Shown piece by piece: positions 1 to 32,580 of a stretch of DNA of 64,000 nucleotides. The stretch's first letter is position 1, and the number at the start of each line of letters is the position of its first letter. This DNA is from Tubiluchus corallicola. Lineage: Eukaryota; Animalia; Priapulida. The DNA is taken from NCBI GenBank assembly GCA_030141605.1, contig JAQGDQ010000423.1, positions 22,177-86,176 on the forward strand, in the 5' to 3' direction. Below the pieces are notes generated by a model, which saw nothing but the letters and a program-made list of their open reading frames with translations, did no database searches and was not told where the DNA came from. The position numbers and the translations under genes were made by a program.

Positions 1-151
1 TGCAGTGACAGTTGTGGTTAGTAACTTTTACAATGCATGCAGTATCTGCAGTGACAGTTGTGGTTAGTAACTTTTACAATGCATGCAGTATCTGCAGTGA
101 CAGTTGTGGTTAGTAACTTTTACAATGCATGCAGTATCTGCAGTGACAGTT
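1..151. repeat. 46-bp tandem repeat, ~3.3 copies, truncated by the window start
   Basis: Unit tgcagtgacagttgtggttagtaacttttacaatgcatgcagtatc repeats directly. Confidence 0.9.
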
Positions 152-579
152 AATTTGAATGAATTGGACTAGTTAAACCAGCTCCTTTTATAGCAGGTTA
201 TTTCACTTAGTGGTTTTTGCAATTTAACAGAAACATGGCTTTGCTGATCAACTCTTGTTTTGTTCAATATTTACATTTCCATAATTCCAGACTGATAAAT
301 TAGTTTATGAAGTGTACATCTTTTTATGGCGATTTTGGTAGCATCAATTGTTAATAACCTTTTTGCAGTTTCACTGTGCGCACATGCATTTGCTTTAGGT
401 CAAATAAACGCCAGCAGTGCGTCTTAACTACAATCGGCACATCACATGTGGATAAAGCAAAGCCATCTGCCACATCAGTTCAGTAGCTGCAGTTACGGCG
501 CCATTTCCTTCAAAACAAATGAAATGCATGTTGCCACTCCATTAACCACTCATTTTTCTGTTTCTTTCCCGTTTTTCAG

Positions 580-1750
580 GAATCACGTTGGAACTGTGTG
601 CTGGCATTGTTGATAAAGACTTGTCCCTGGAAGAGATAGCCAAGGAAGAGATTCTCGAAGAATGTGGTTATGATGTTCCGCTTAGCAATTTAGAACGTGT
701 TGTCTCTTATCGGTAGAAACTCTTTTTTATTTCCTACATTCGTTTAATAGTGTTGCTTTGTGTAGATGTCAATTTAAACCTAGTTTATTTTGTTTAGATT
801 AGACAGTTTTTAAAACTGATATATGAATCCTCGCCATGCAAAGGTCCCGCAAAAATTTTTGCGTATAAATACACTTATAATCAATAATACGCAAAGATCC
901 TACGTAGTCCTCATTTATAATGCAAAGCCAGCAGCAGCTTTTACTGAATTAAAGTTATAGGCAGAGTATAATGGATGACGTCAGAACAATGGCTTTGCTT
1001 CAGCAGTTTTCCAAGCGAAAATTGCGGAAAATAGAACATGTAATTAACTCATCGTCACTCCTCTTGGTGGACCTGTCCTAACATATAGCCCACATCATCG
1101 TGTAGCTCTGTTCTTCCTCTTTCTAAAGAGAGCTATATATCTCCTCTCGAGAGTCACACCAGGCGCCGTGCGAATATGTTTCCATGTTTACACGGCTTCA
1201 TAATTTATCTCCTAATCATCGGCCCATTTCACTCATTCCTTTCAGTCTCAACATCAGCAAACCATTCCAGAATAACAGATTTACCTTTTTTCCAAATCCT
1301 ATCGTTAATTCCAGAACAAACACTCTGTAACAAATTAGGACAAATACCCGCTATGGAACGAACTCTGTAATCAAACAAGCAATTTTACTTTGGAATTCTC
1401 TACCATTACAGGTTAAACAAATCAAGTCCCTATCAGCATTTAAAACAAAATTAAAATCACTAATATTAACCAGATATGAAATACCATCACACCAGTACGA
1501 CAACATACACACTCATTCAGAATTAAATATCCACGCCCATATTAATTAAATCATATTTTTTCATTTTTTGTGCATAGTTGTAAATATGATTGATTTTATT
1601 CGTCGTTACTTTCCATTACTGCACAGTAGTTTAGATTGCACTGACGCATTTGCCTCTAGCAGTGTAAGTTTTTATTAACTAACACTGATTGATCATCTCT
1701 GTAAAGTTTTTATCAGTGATTATCAATGTATTTTAATGGCAAATAAAGAT

Positions 1751-1804
<54 letters not shown>

Positions 1805-4800
1805 CATATTGAGTTTACAAGTCTGACTGCCTTGCATTACAGAGCTTGCTGTACTGACATAATATGCTGTTTATACGGACAATGTTGTTTTTGTTTTCAG
1901 ATTTAGCTTTTCGTCTTTCATTATAGTATTATGCAAAAGCGTTTTTGCCGTAAACGCCAATTAGCTTATTTTAACTCTTTCGCTACATTGTTGCTTTTTA
2001 ACTGGGCCACATTGACTTTTGCACAGTTGACAGTAAGTTCTTGTGGTGTGTTACTAAAACAGAATCTTGTAGTTGTTTGTTATTGAGTACTAATATTAAA
2101 TATTAGTTTTATTTCTACACACACACACACATGCACGCACTCATGCACACATACACACACGTGCACACCTTCATAAATAAGCATGTACTTATATTTAGAA
2201 ACCAGTTTTCACAAAAGACACAATACTAATCCATAATATGCAATCATTTTATAAGAATGCAGAACAATCAACTAAACATACGTTTCATCAACGATCTACA
2301 AGTGATTTTGCATGAGAACGTACAATACAGTACAGTATTATGGAATGCACCTGGCTTCAGACGCTGATTGGCTGGTTGGCATTACTTGTTGCAGAGCAAC
2401 CCCAATCCCAAGACTGTTAAACTTTTCTACAATGTTTTTGCATGGTCGTAGTAGTGAAATAAACAGACCTGAGTAACTGCGCTTAGTCCTAAGCTCGGGT
2501 GGCAGTCTACCGCCTTCCGTCCCTTGCATGAAAAACATAGGCGGCAGTGTGCCGCCTTCTGTAGTGAAAGGGTTAATAAACTCATTGTGAAAATTGTTTT
2601 GTTTGTTGTGAAGCAATGAAAATCAGTCTGAGCAGGTAATTGCCAAAGTGTTTGAACAACGCCATTCTGTTTAACTTGGATTTATTTACATTAGGACTGG
2701 CATAGGATCATCTGGTGCCCTTGGAACTTTATTTTACGCTGAAATATCGGATGAAATGAAGGTTACTGAAGGAGGTGGAAACCAGGAGGAAGGTGAAATG
2801 ATTGAGGTGATAACATGGCGGTTGATTTGGCATTGTACTTATACATGTGTGCTGGCAAACCTAAGCCGTACATAAGTCGGCATAGTTGAAACTACGTCAT
2901 GATGCTTCAAAGTAGAATGCTCAGGGTCAAATGCCAATTTTTCTTATATTATAAAAACTAAAGCTAAATTTATTGGAATTTTATATTCTAGCATCAAATT
3001 ATCAGGAACATGTCAAAAAATACTAAAAATCTAATTTTATAACTCCTTACCCACATTTCTGTCTAGAAACTAGTACTGCATTTGTAAAAAAAACTTGTAT
3101 TTTCTAACCCCAATTGTAGCTCGTGGAAGCAGCCATTTTGTTTTGGTTTGTTTCTGTTGACAAGACCAGATCTTCATCAGGAAGAGCCAGTTACTAGATT
3201 TAAATGTAACTTCAATTTGCTCTTGTAAAATCCATACCAACCACACTGTCATTCGGTTGCTAAGTGTTTTGTAGAAACGCGACAAAAAACAATGGCTGAT
3301 TTTAACAGTGATTTTCTCAAGATTAGGTTTTTCAGTACACAGGCTGCACCTCAACTTCAATGTGGATTACCTCAGCTTAGAAATAACATAGAGCAATGAA
3401 CTTGGCATCAAAATGATCCTCATGAAATGGAGATTAAGGATATGTGAATAACTAGAAAAGCTTAACTACTGGCTTATAGACAATCTTGCTATGCAGGCGC
3501 ACGTATATAGATGTTCGCATATCTTTCTGTCACCCATTTTGCAATGGTTATATATGTTATTTACTCATTTTAACGCTGAAATTTTATTGTTTTTGAGCAT
3601 GCATTTAACTACATTTTTTCTGTGAAAATTTATTTTACAAAGCGGGTTTCTGTGGTTCTTTGTTTGTTTGCATTTCTCCAAGCTGTACAGTAACTACAAC
3701 GAATGTACAGTACAATGTGAACAGCATCCAGTGTCGGGCCGGGAGAATTCCTATTTTCATTTCATTTAAACATTAGAAATGCTGGATGATTGGCGAGTTA
3801 TTAAAATTGAATCATAACCAATCTTGTTCCGAATCATACACTCAATGCTCTAAGATGTTGAGCTTATAGCTTGAGGGTTGGTGGTTCAAATGCAGGATTA
3901 ATCCCAATTTTTCCCCAGTTTCTTCTTACTGCCATATTTGGATTAGAAATAGAAATGCTGGGCTTATTCCACGATTGATTTTCAATTTAGTAATTAATAT
4001 TATGTGCAACGCTAGGCGTTAAACTTTTCAGCTGAATGGTGAGATTTACTAGAAATTGGCACAAATTCTTTACAAAGTCAATCAGTTAAACGTGATTATA
4101 AGTTGTCCCATATTGCTTTGAGCTGTCTTTTATCTATATGTCTTTTGACTTATCAGAATTTTATTGTAAAAATGTTCTCAACTCGAAGCACAATTCTTAT
4201 TAAGATTCGGGTTCAGATTGTATTTCTTTTTCCCCATAATAATTTTTCTAGCTAAGTGTTAGATAACAACAAATATTGTAAGTAACTCATAGAAGGGGAA
4301 AAGGGTGGAAAAACTGTTTAAAATTAGTTACTTTGCCATGACAATGCAGAACCATCTTCAACTTTGAAATAAATGGAAGCTTGTATGTACTGTACATACA
4401 CCTACTATTCAATGTCAAAATGTTGCTGATTTGTAGTTTCCATGAATAAGTGTAGGATGAGAGGATCGCATCTGTAGAGTGGTACACTTCCTTTTAGTGT
4501 ATCAGAAAAACATTAAAGAGAAGCAGTGATATGTCAGTACAGTCGCCCAAGCACTTTTGAATTGTTCTAACACGTTGTTGATACATAGGCATAGACATAG
4601 GCATGGACATAGCCATAGATATTGACACAGGTATGGACATTGGCATAGGCATAGGCATAGACATTGATATAGACATAGGCATTGACGTAGACATAGACAT
4701 AGGCATAGACATAGACGTAGACATTGACATAGACAGGCACTGACATAGACAGGCATAGACATTTTATTTATCTCCTCATTTACACCAGAATACAAATAGA

Positions 4801-5207
4801 CTATGTTTGCCATAGTTATTAATTGTGTTCAGTCACTAAATGTAAAACTATTTATTTGTTTTTGCTGTGTGCAAAAACGTTGGTAAGGCAGCCTTTATTG
4901 AACCCACGAACGAACAAGAATTAGTGTAGACAGGTTGTCGTAGACGAATTTTGTATTGTGTGCTCTGTATAAGCGAATTATTGATTTCGGTAAAACTTGT
5001 TTCTTCTACAGATTTGAACTTTTAAGTTTTTTGTTATTCACAGGTTATTCACTTGGTTATTCACAGGTTATTCACTTGCCAGCTGAAGAAGCATTAGATT
5101 ATTTGTGGAAAGATACTATAAACAAACCGAGCGGAGTACTGATGTCCGTAATGTGGTTCACCACTTACAAACTACCCAAAATTTTGGAATGTAGAAACGG
5201 AAAATGA
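580..5207 (+). CDS. NUDT14: NUDT14-like UDP-sugar diphosphatase (Nudix hydrolase), last three coding exons; 5' exons lie upstream of the window
   Basis: Exons 580-712, 2695-2806 and 5067-5207 have canonical AG/GT ends and compatible phases. They translate as (G)ITLELCAGIVDKDLSLEEIAKEEILEECGYDVPLSNLERVVSYR/TGIGSSGALGTLFYAEISDEMKVTEGGGNQEEGEMIE/VIHLPAEEALDYLW...NGK*. The ELCAG..D...EE..EECGY Nudix-box variant and GGG...EGE.IE are typical of NUDT14. Confidence 0.88.
838..1168 (-). mobile_element. Partial copy (3' end) of the Helitron-like element at 24345-25121
   Basis: Reverse complement matches ~24790-25118 (e.g. atggatgacgtcagaacaatggctttgc, gtcactcctcttggtggac). Confidence 0.75.
1180..1800 (+). 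mobile_element. Decayed LINE 3' end (CR1/L2 group) followed by a (TA)n tail
   Basis: Broken frame with LWNSLP and FKTKLKSLI, typical of RT C-termini in this group; ends aataaagattatt plus (ta)n. Confidence 0.5.
2846..3503. mobile_element. MITE family A, copy 1 (~655 bp, ~35-bp TIRs)
   Basis: Ends are tgtgtgctggcaaacctaagccgtacataagtcggca and ...ctatgcaggcgcacg; internally colinear with 20550-21215 and 54176-54837. Confidence 0.85.
4583..4762. repeat. Hexanucleotide (CATAGR/CATTGA)n microsatellite
   Basis: Direct reading; source of the MSMSMPM/CLCLC ORFs. Confidence 0.85.
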
Positions 5208-6142
5208 CGCCGGCAGCTTATTATACGTTTCTTTGCGCATTTCACTGCCGGTAAGTTTTAAACGAATTTTAAGGGAATTGAAAAATCACTAAAATTAATT
5301 TGTTAACAAACTTTTTAAATGCTCTTTTTTGCTTATAGTTATAACGTCCTCCGATTAGTTAGAAAAAATTAACGTTTGTTAAATATCTATATCTTAAAAT
5401 CAAAGTGTAGTGTGAACACGAAGGTTTCCACTTGTGCATATTTTGTTTTGGGGGTTCTGGATACTGTCACTGGAAAATTGAATAGGATTTTTCCTTGGAC
5501 ACACACGTGTTATTCCATTATGGTCTAAGAATTAGTAAAAGTGAAAATGGCAACAGTATAATGTGCAGAAACTATTAAAAATGTTGTAGATTCTTATACA
5601 GCAAAATAATTAGGATAAAATGCAATTTAAGTAATAATAGGGCAAATCAAACTTAAATGTAGTGTTAATCTGTAAATGATTGAGTAATATCTTAAACAAC
5701 AGCATACCTGTAAATTTTATTAGCCAATTAATTGCTAAGTAATTAATTAATAATAATAATAAATAAATCATCAACATTTAATTGCTTTGTATATTTTTTA
5801 GCTCTGTTGGTGCAGAATTACAATGCATCCTCTGAGCAAATATGCAATTGTATGTCCGTAGAGGTGATGGTCATTGGTCAGATGTTTCAAGTAACGAGTG
5901 GAAAATCTCCAGGTGGGCTTGCAGTGCAAAGACTGGATGTAAGCATGTACATGTAAGCATGTACGAATGTAAGCATGTACCTATATTCTTTTGTGCACAA
6001 ATCAGTTGTGTCACGTTGCCTTATTAACACTGGTTTTGATAGTGACATTTTTCTTACAAATAATTGCTCTGTTTTATGAATTGTTACATGTGTTGTTGTT
6101 GTTCACAATCTGTGATATGATATCATATTTTCAACACCTGGA

Positions 6143-7332
6143 CACTGTATAATCAACTTGTAGTGGAGTCTGTTATAATGAGTTTCTGCTTATTACGAGT
6201 GAATTTCGAAGTGCCCCCAAATCTTAGGGTTAGGGTTAGTCTGTTATAACGAGCGAATAATGATCGTACTTCCCCTGCATATAACAAGTTGTAGAACAAT
6301 GTACTTACAGCATACAATGCATCACCAAGGGAAAAAGATGATCATGTATTCTTAGAGCGCAATTGATTTATTGATCAGACACCAATAACGTATCAATTAC
6401 CGGATACGCAGACTTGATGATTGTGTATGCGAAGTATTTCAACCCGTGAGCTAAATGTGCACGTATATCAGTGGAGTACTTGTGCCATTCAAAACTTGAT
6501 AACTTTGTAAATAAAGCAATTTAATTAAAGCCACGCGAAATGAAATGAATTTTTTTAAAACTGTTCTGAGTTACAAAATAAAAATACTGTTTTCAACAAA
6601 TACCGCGATTTTACACTAAATAACACACAGCTAGCCAGGACCATAGACTTATAGTTAGCAGGACCATAGACTTATAGATAGCCAGGACCATAGAGTTATA
6701 GATAGCCAGGACCATAGACATATAGATAGCCAGGACCATAGAGTTATAGATAGCCAGGACCATAGACTTATAGATAGCCAGGACCATAGACTTATAGATA
6801 GCCAGGATCATAGACTTATGGATGATGGTTATTAGATGATCATGGAGTTGGAATGCTTACACAATTTTCTAAATAAAAACTAGTACTGTATGTATATTTT
6901 CAACCGATGCGGGCTAACTGCATTCAGTGTCCTGTACAAGCATATAAATGATCATAAATTTATGACACACATGCAAAACGCACTCAGGTCACAAATGAAC
7001 GAGTCACCAGCACAGCAGAGGTTTAGAAAACCAACTATCGGTTGATTTTGTGCAGAAACGTATTGCATAGATATGCGCCTTAATTCTCGAAGTAACAGAA
7101 TTTAAACACTACAAGTTTGCTCCATTGTGATGAAATGGTTGCTGAACAGTGGCACCCCTAGGCACCCTTGTACTAGTCGCGCTAATGTTCTTTTCATCGT
7201 AATGTAATATCCACCATCTAACCCTTCATTTCTATTTTGTACAAAAACTTTTAAAATTCACTTCAGCTATAACAAGACTCGGCTATAGTGAGCGGATTTA
7301 GCAGGTTCCCGGTATAAGTAGATTATACAGTG
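6143..7332. mobile_element. ~1.2-kb non-autonomous DNA transposon containing a 27-bp minisatellite
   Basis: TIRs cactgtataatc...gattatacagtg with subterminal gttataa/ttataac-like motifs; the right flank is TA. Confidence 0.6.
6630..6820. repeat. 27-bp minisatellite, ~7 copies
   Basis: Unit tagccaggaccatagacttatagatag. Confidence 0.9.
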
Positions 7333-7739
7333 TAGTTTTTTGCACAATGTCAGCGTTTATTCTGTCAGGTGTAAAATGTGCTTCTGTAAAAAAACTGTAA
7401 ATATGGTAATTAATGAATCAAGTGACGATGTTCCCAGTTTAATTTGTGTTAAACAAAGTTACCGTTTAATCGATGTTATTACGTCAGATACTCTGGCCAT
7501 CTTTTCAGGCTTGCACTGCTCTGCAGCAAACTGCTTGTTAAGCCTGTATTAATGATAAACTGAGATATATGGATTTGAGATGAGTGAGTAATTCAATCAA
7601 TTTATTGGCCTCTTGGCGCTTTGAAAGTTTGGCACTTGTACCGTTTTGTTATAAACCTTTGCGTACCAAAATTTCGAAGAGTTTAATCATTTGTTTAAAG
7701 TCTAAGCATGTCATTTTTATCATTTACTTGTGTAATGTA

Positions 7740-8222
7740 CAGTCAACCTCAGATATAAGAGCACCTCCTGACCGGAAAAAAACCGTCCCTTATATCTGAT
7801 ATCCCTCATAGTCGAAGTTGAGTCAGACCGAGGATGTATCTAGACCTGCACTTTTCTGTACTTTTACCCATATTTTTATGGATTATTGCTACACATTCAG
7901 TACAAACGGTATGTAGGAAGCTCCTTCAGTGATGCGAGATGTATGTGACCACGGAAACTAAGCTGTTCGAAGGCCAAGTTTGCGAAAAATTGAGGTTAAA
8001 AATCAATCAATTTTGCTTTGATCATAGGATCCCTTTTATGCAAAGTAATTTACCTGGGTTTCTATTACGCTGGACCTGAAGATATCATCCCTTATAACCG
8101 AAAGTCCCTTATATCAGAGTAAATTATATATGAAGATTCTTACATAGGAAAAACATTACGAAAAATCGGGACCTGTGTTGGTGGTCCCTTATAAGCGAGT
8201 TCCTTATACCCGAGGTTGACTG
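7740..8222. mobile_element. MITE family B copy 1 (Tc1/mariner-pogo type)
   Basis: TA|cagtcaacctc...gaggttgactg|TA with repeated cccttata subterminal motifs; second copy at 17384-17884. Confidence 0.85.
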
Positions 8223-8334
8223 TACTGTGATACTCGCAACAAAAAAGTGACATCAGTTAAAATGTTTGTGTCCAATGTGTATACCACGCAAACTGCAGTA
8301 TATTCACACAACAGGCTATTTTGTACAGTACATC

Positions 8335-8506
8335 ATATGGTCACATTACACTTGATCTATGGTCACATTACACTTGATCTATGGTCACATTACTATTGAT
8401 CTATGGTCACATTACACTTGATCTATAGTCTCATTACACTTGATCTATGGTCACATTACACTTGATCTATGGTCACATTACACTTGATCTATAGTCACAT
8501 TACACT
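8335..8506. repeat. 22-bp tandem repeat
   Basis: Unit atggtcacattacacttgatct, ~7-8 copies. Confidence 0.9.
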
Positions 8507-8671
8507 AATCTACTAATTTATCTAATTTACTGTGTCTTTTTTATAATAAACCAGTTTGTTATAATAGTTCATAATAAGATAGTTTGTTACGATCGTGTTC
8601 TGAATTTTGTTTTACAACCTAGGTTAGGGCTGGTACTACTTGACTGATAATTAGGTCTGTATGAAATCCAT

Positions 8672-8673
<2 letters not shown>

Positions 8674-8703
<30 letters not shown>

Positions 8704-8883
8704 CTTTATCGCCGACTGTATATAACAACCTACAACTACATAATAGAAACTATTATTACCCCACTTTTACCTTAAATACCACGCGTCAGGCAGGGCAACA
8801 GCAGGTACCATTTTTAAAGTCTTTGGTATGACCCGGCCGCTGGTAGAAAGCAGACGCATTACCACTAGACTAAACCGTCTGGT
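8674..8883 (-). mobile_element. tRNA-derived SINE, internally deleted copy
   Basis: Matches 40436-40710 but lacks the B-box segment; (TTA)n tail. Confidence 0.7.
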
Positions 8884-9004
8884 GTGAAATATTTATTTAT
8901 AATATATAAGTATGTACAAATGCATTAATTTATAAGACAATAAGTAAAGAAAAAAACGCATTTTATAATCTTGCACCATTTGTTTGTTCACATGATTTGA
9001 AAAC

Positions 9005-9269
9005 TTTGACCCTTAATTCCAGGGCTTTAACCCTTAATTTCCAGGGCTTTAACCCTTAATTTCCAGGGCTTTAACTCTTAATTTCCAGCTTTAACCCTTA
9101 ATTCCAGGGCTTTAACCCTTAATTTCCAGGGCTTTAACCCTTAATTTCCAGGGCGTTAACCCTTAATTTCCAGGGCTTTAACCCTTAATTCCAGGACTTT
9201 AACCCTTAATTTCCAGGGCTTTAACCCTTAATTTCCAGGGCTTTAACCCTTAATTCCAGGGCTTTAACC
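9005..9269. repeat. 21-22-bp tandem repeat
   Basis: Unit ccagggctttaacccttaattt, ~12 copies. Confidence 0.9.
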
Positions 9270-9548
9270 TACTGAAGCGCATAAGTTCAGCACTTATATG
9301 GAAAGCTATACAGGTATTATGGTTTTTTATAATATCAGTATCATATCTATACAGGCATTGTGGATTTTCATAATGTTCGTATCATTGCTAGTATGTTTAG
9401 CTGTCTGTCTGAGGTTGACTTTGCCTCATACCTGCACTAGGGTACTGCGGAAGCAATACCAATCCAGCAAATGAAGGAAGTTACAGCCTGTTTCTAACAG
9501 TCACGCAAGCCTAACCTAAGATATCTTCCAAAAATTGGTTGTTTCTAA

Positions 9549-10089
9549 AGTAAAACCGGACGATTGTTTAAACTCAATCTCATTTTAATTTACTGTCTAA
9601 AATATACATTTTCTTACCTATAAAAGTTAACAATTGTTTTTTATATTTGAATAATTAGCTTAGAAAGTTAATTAACGGCAATCGAACACAGCTATTGCTC
9701 AAGTCAGAAACTAACCACAGTTTGTGAAATGGCAGGCATCTCCCCTTGCGCGTCCAGCACGTTAGCGTAAGTGTTACTGCTTAAACGCATGATATCACAA
9801 AAATGGGCTCTACGTCATATAACGTCAGAAACTAACACTGCGGTTCATGATCATGGTTATCACGGTACTGCCTTCTATTTGTAGGCCATGCGAACGTGAC
9901 AAAAAGGCGCCGTTGCCAATCTTAGTAAATTCACTGAACCACGCGTAGTTTTGAAAGTTTAACGAAATTGAGTATCCGAGGTAATTATTATTTAATCTAA
10001 GCTTTGATTTAAAAAAGCTATTGTAGTTTTCAATATTTTAGAGCATTCTTTATTCTGAACTCGTGTTTACACAATCATCCGGTTTTCCT
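9549..10089. mobile_element. Kolobok-like MITE family C copy 1, in the NOC2L 3' UTR region
   Basis: TIRs ag(t/g)aaaaccggacgattgtttaaac...gtttacacaatcatccggttttcct with (C/T)TAA flanks; second copy at 12480-13032. Confidence 0.8.
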
Positions 10090-10133
10090 TTAATGAGAAT
10101 GTTTACGTAATTCTAACAAAAATTACATCGATA

Positions 10134-31089
<20,956 letters not shown>

Positions 31090-32580
31090 TTTTACGGAGA
31101 GACGTTATGGTATGGTAACGTAATTGCGAAAACATAAAACTGCACAATTTTAAATTTATTTGAATTTATTGCACACAACACTGAAATCTCAATAAAACGG
31201 CAGTTAAAAAAAGTTTGTATGGTGTTACACTAAAACAAGAGTAATGCATAATTTCCTCGACCATTTACACACTGTTTTACACATATACACATCCTCGTGA
31301 TATTTTTTATGGATCAGATAATTAAATGCTTCACTACAAATATCAGAAGAAATGATTGTTGATCCATATTCGTGAACTTGAATTCAGTAAAACGCCTATC
31401 TTGATAATTTTGATTGTAGGCTATTAATTGAACTTGCAGAACTCCTCGTGTAAGCCATTAACTTTATCATAGAATCAATGTTTGCTAACTCATCAAGTAC
31501 GTGATACTTGTGCTTCAGCGACTCTTTTATTTTCGTAATATCTATTTTTAATCATGTAAATAATTGTAATCATGGCCTACTAGTTTGACTTTATTGGTGT
31601 ATAAAGTAGTGCAATGTATTTTCTTAAGTTATAGCATTGGTCATTTAGGAAAGCATAATTTTTTATTTGGTTTCCATCACGGATTCATGTTCATTTCATG
31701 GCCTTTCGTGTTTGACCAATCTGATAAGTTTTTTGATGTTTTTACTTCTACGCTTGATCAAGAAAGCCCTGTTGACATAATTTTGTTTGATTTTGGCGAG
31801 GCTTTTGACAAAGTTCCTTAATCAAAAATTACTTTGTGGAAAAATATGGGGTTTCTATACAAGGGTATATATATATATGCACAACACGTGCGTATATGTA
31901 TACATCACAGTTGCATAAATTTTCAAACAACCAGTGTAGTATATGGACAGACCAAATAATGCAACGCATTGCTGATTCGCTCCCTCTTTTAACTTTATAA
32001 CTTTTTCACATTTCTTGTAGATCCTTGAAAGTTGGTATCAGATTTTAAGTAATTTGTACTAATTTGTTTAATTACAGTGAGACTGTATTAATTAGGTTTA
32101 TTATCGAAGGTATTATGTTGATGAGGCATAAGCTTAGTTGTCTAGCTAATATTATTGCAGTTTAGCATGAACTTATTTTGTACTTATGAATTATTTCTTT
32201 ACAATATAATCCATATTTATTTTGATTTCCTACCACATTCTGTGAAAGTGCGTCGCTAATTCAATCAAATATTTGGCACTAGAATTGGTCTAGGTTTAAT
32301 AATATTTTTCAATTCCCTTCTCATATTGCCGTAGATTTAAATGCCGCGTTCTCGGGTGCATTGAAATGAGTGGATTTTCCTGTGAACATAAGGTAGGGTA
32401 TTTGTATAAATAAAATTGCATTAAAATGAATTGATACAAATAGGTTAGCGTTGGCAACTTAGCATTACCATAGACGACGACAGAGCTCTCTAGTCTGGCA
32501 GTCTTGTCTGTTTTTGACTTTCAGTTTAATATCTTGACAAAATTTAGTCATTTAATCTTATTACAAAATACGGTTTTATC
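31090..32580. promoter_or_regulatory. Putative divergent promoter region between NOC2L and the small COX7B-like gene
   Basis: Head-to-head start codons 1.5 kb apart; the NOC2L ATG sits in an AAAATGGC (YY1-like) context. Inferred from gene geometry only. Confidence 0.4.
31700..31850 (+). mobile_element. CR1-like reverse transcriptase remnant
   Basis: VDIILFDFGEAFDKVP resembles the LINE RT motif VDxxxxDFSKAFDKVP. Confidence 0.55.

Noticed and set aside
6224-6239. Telomere or interstitial telomeric array
   Set aside because: Only ~2.5 TTAGGG units, inside a transposon.
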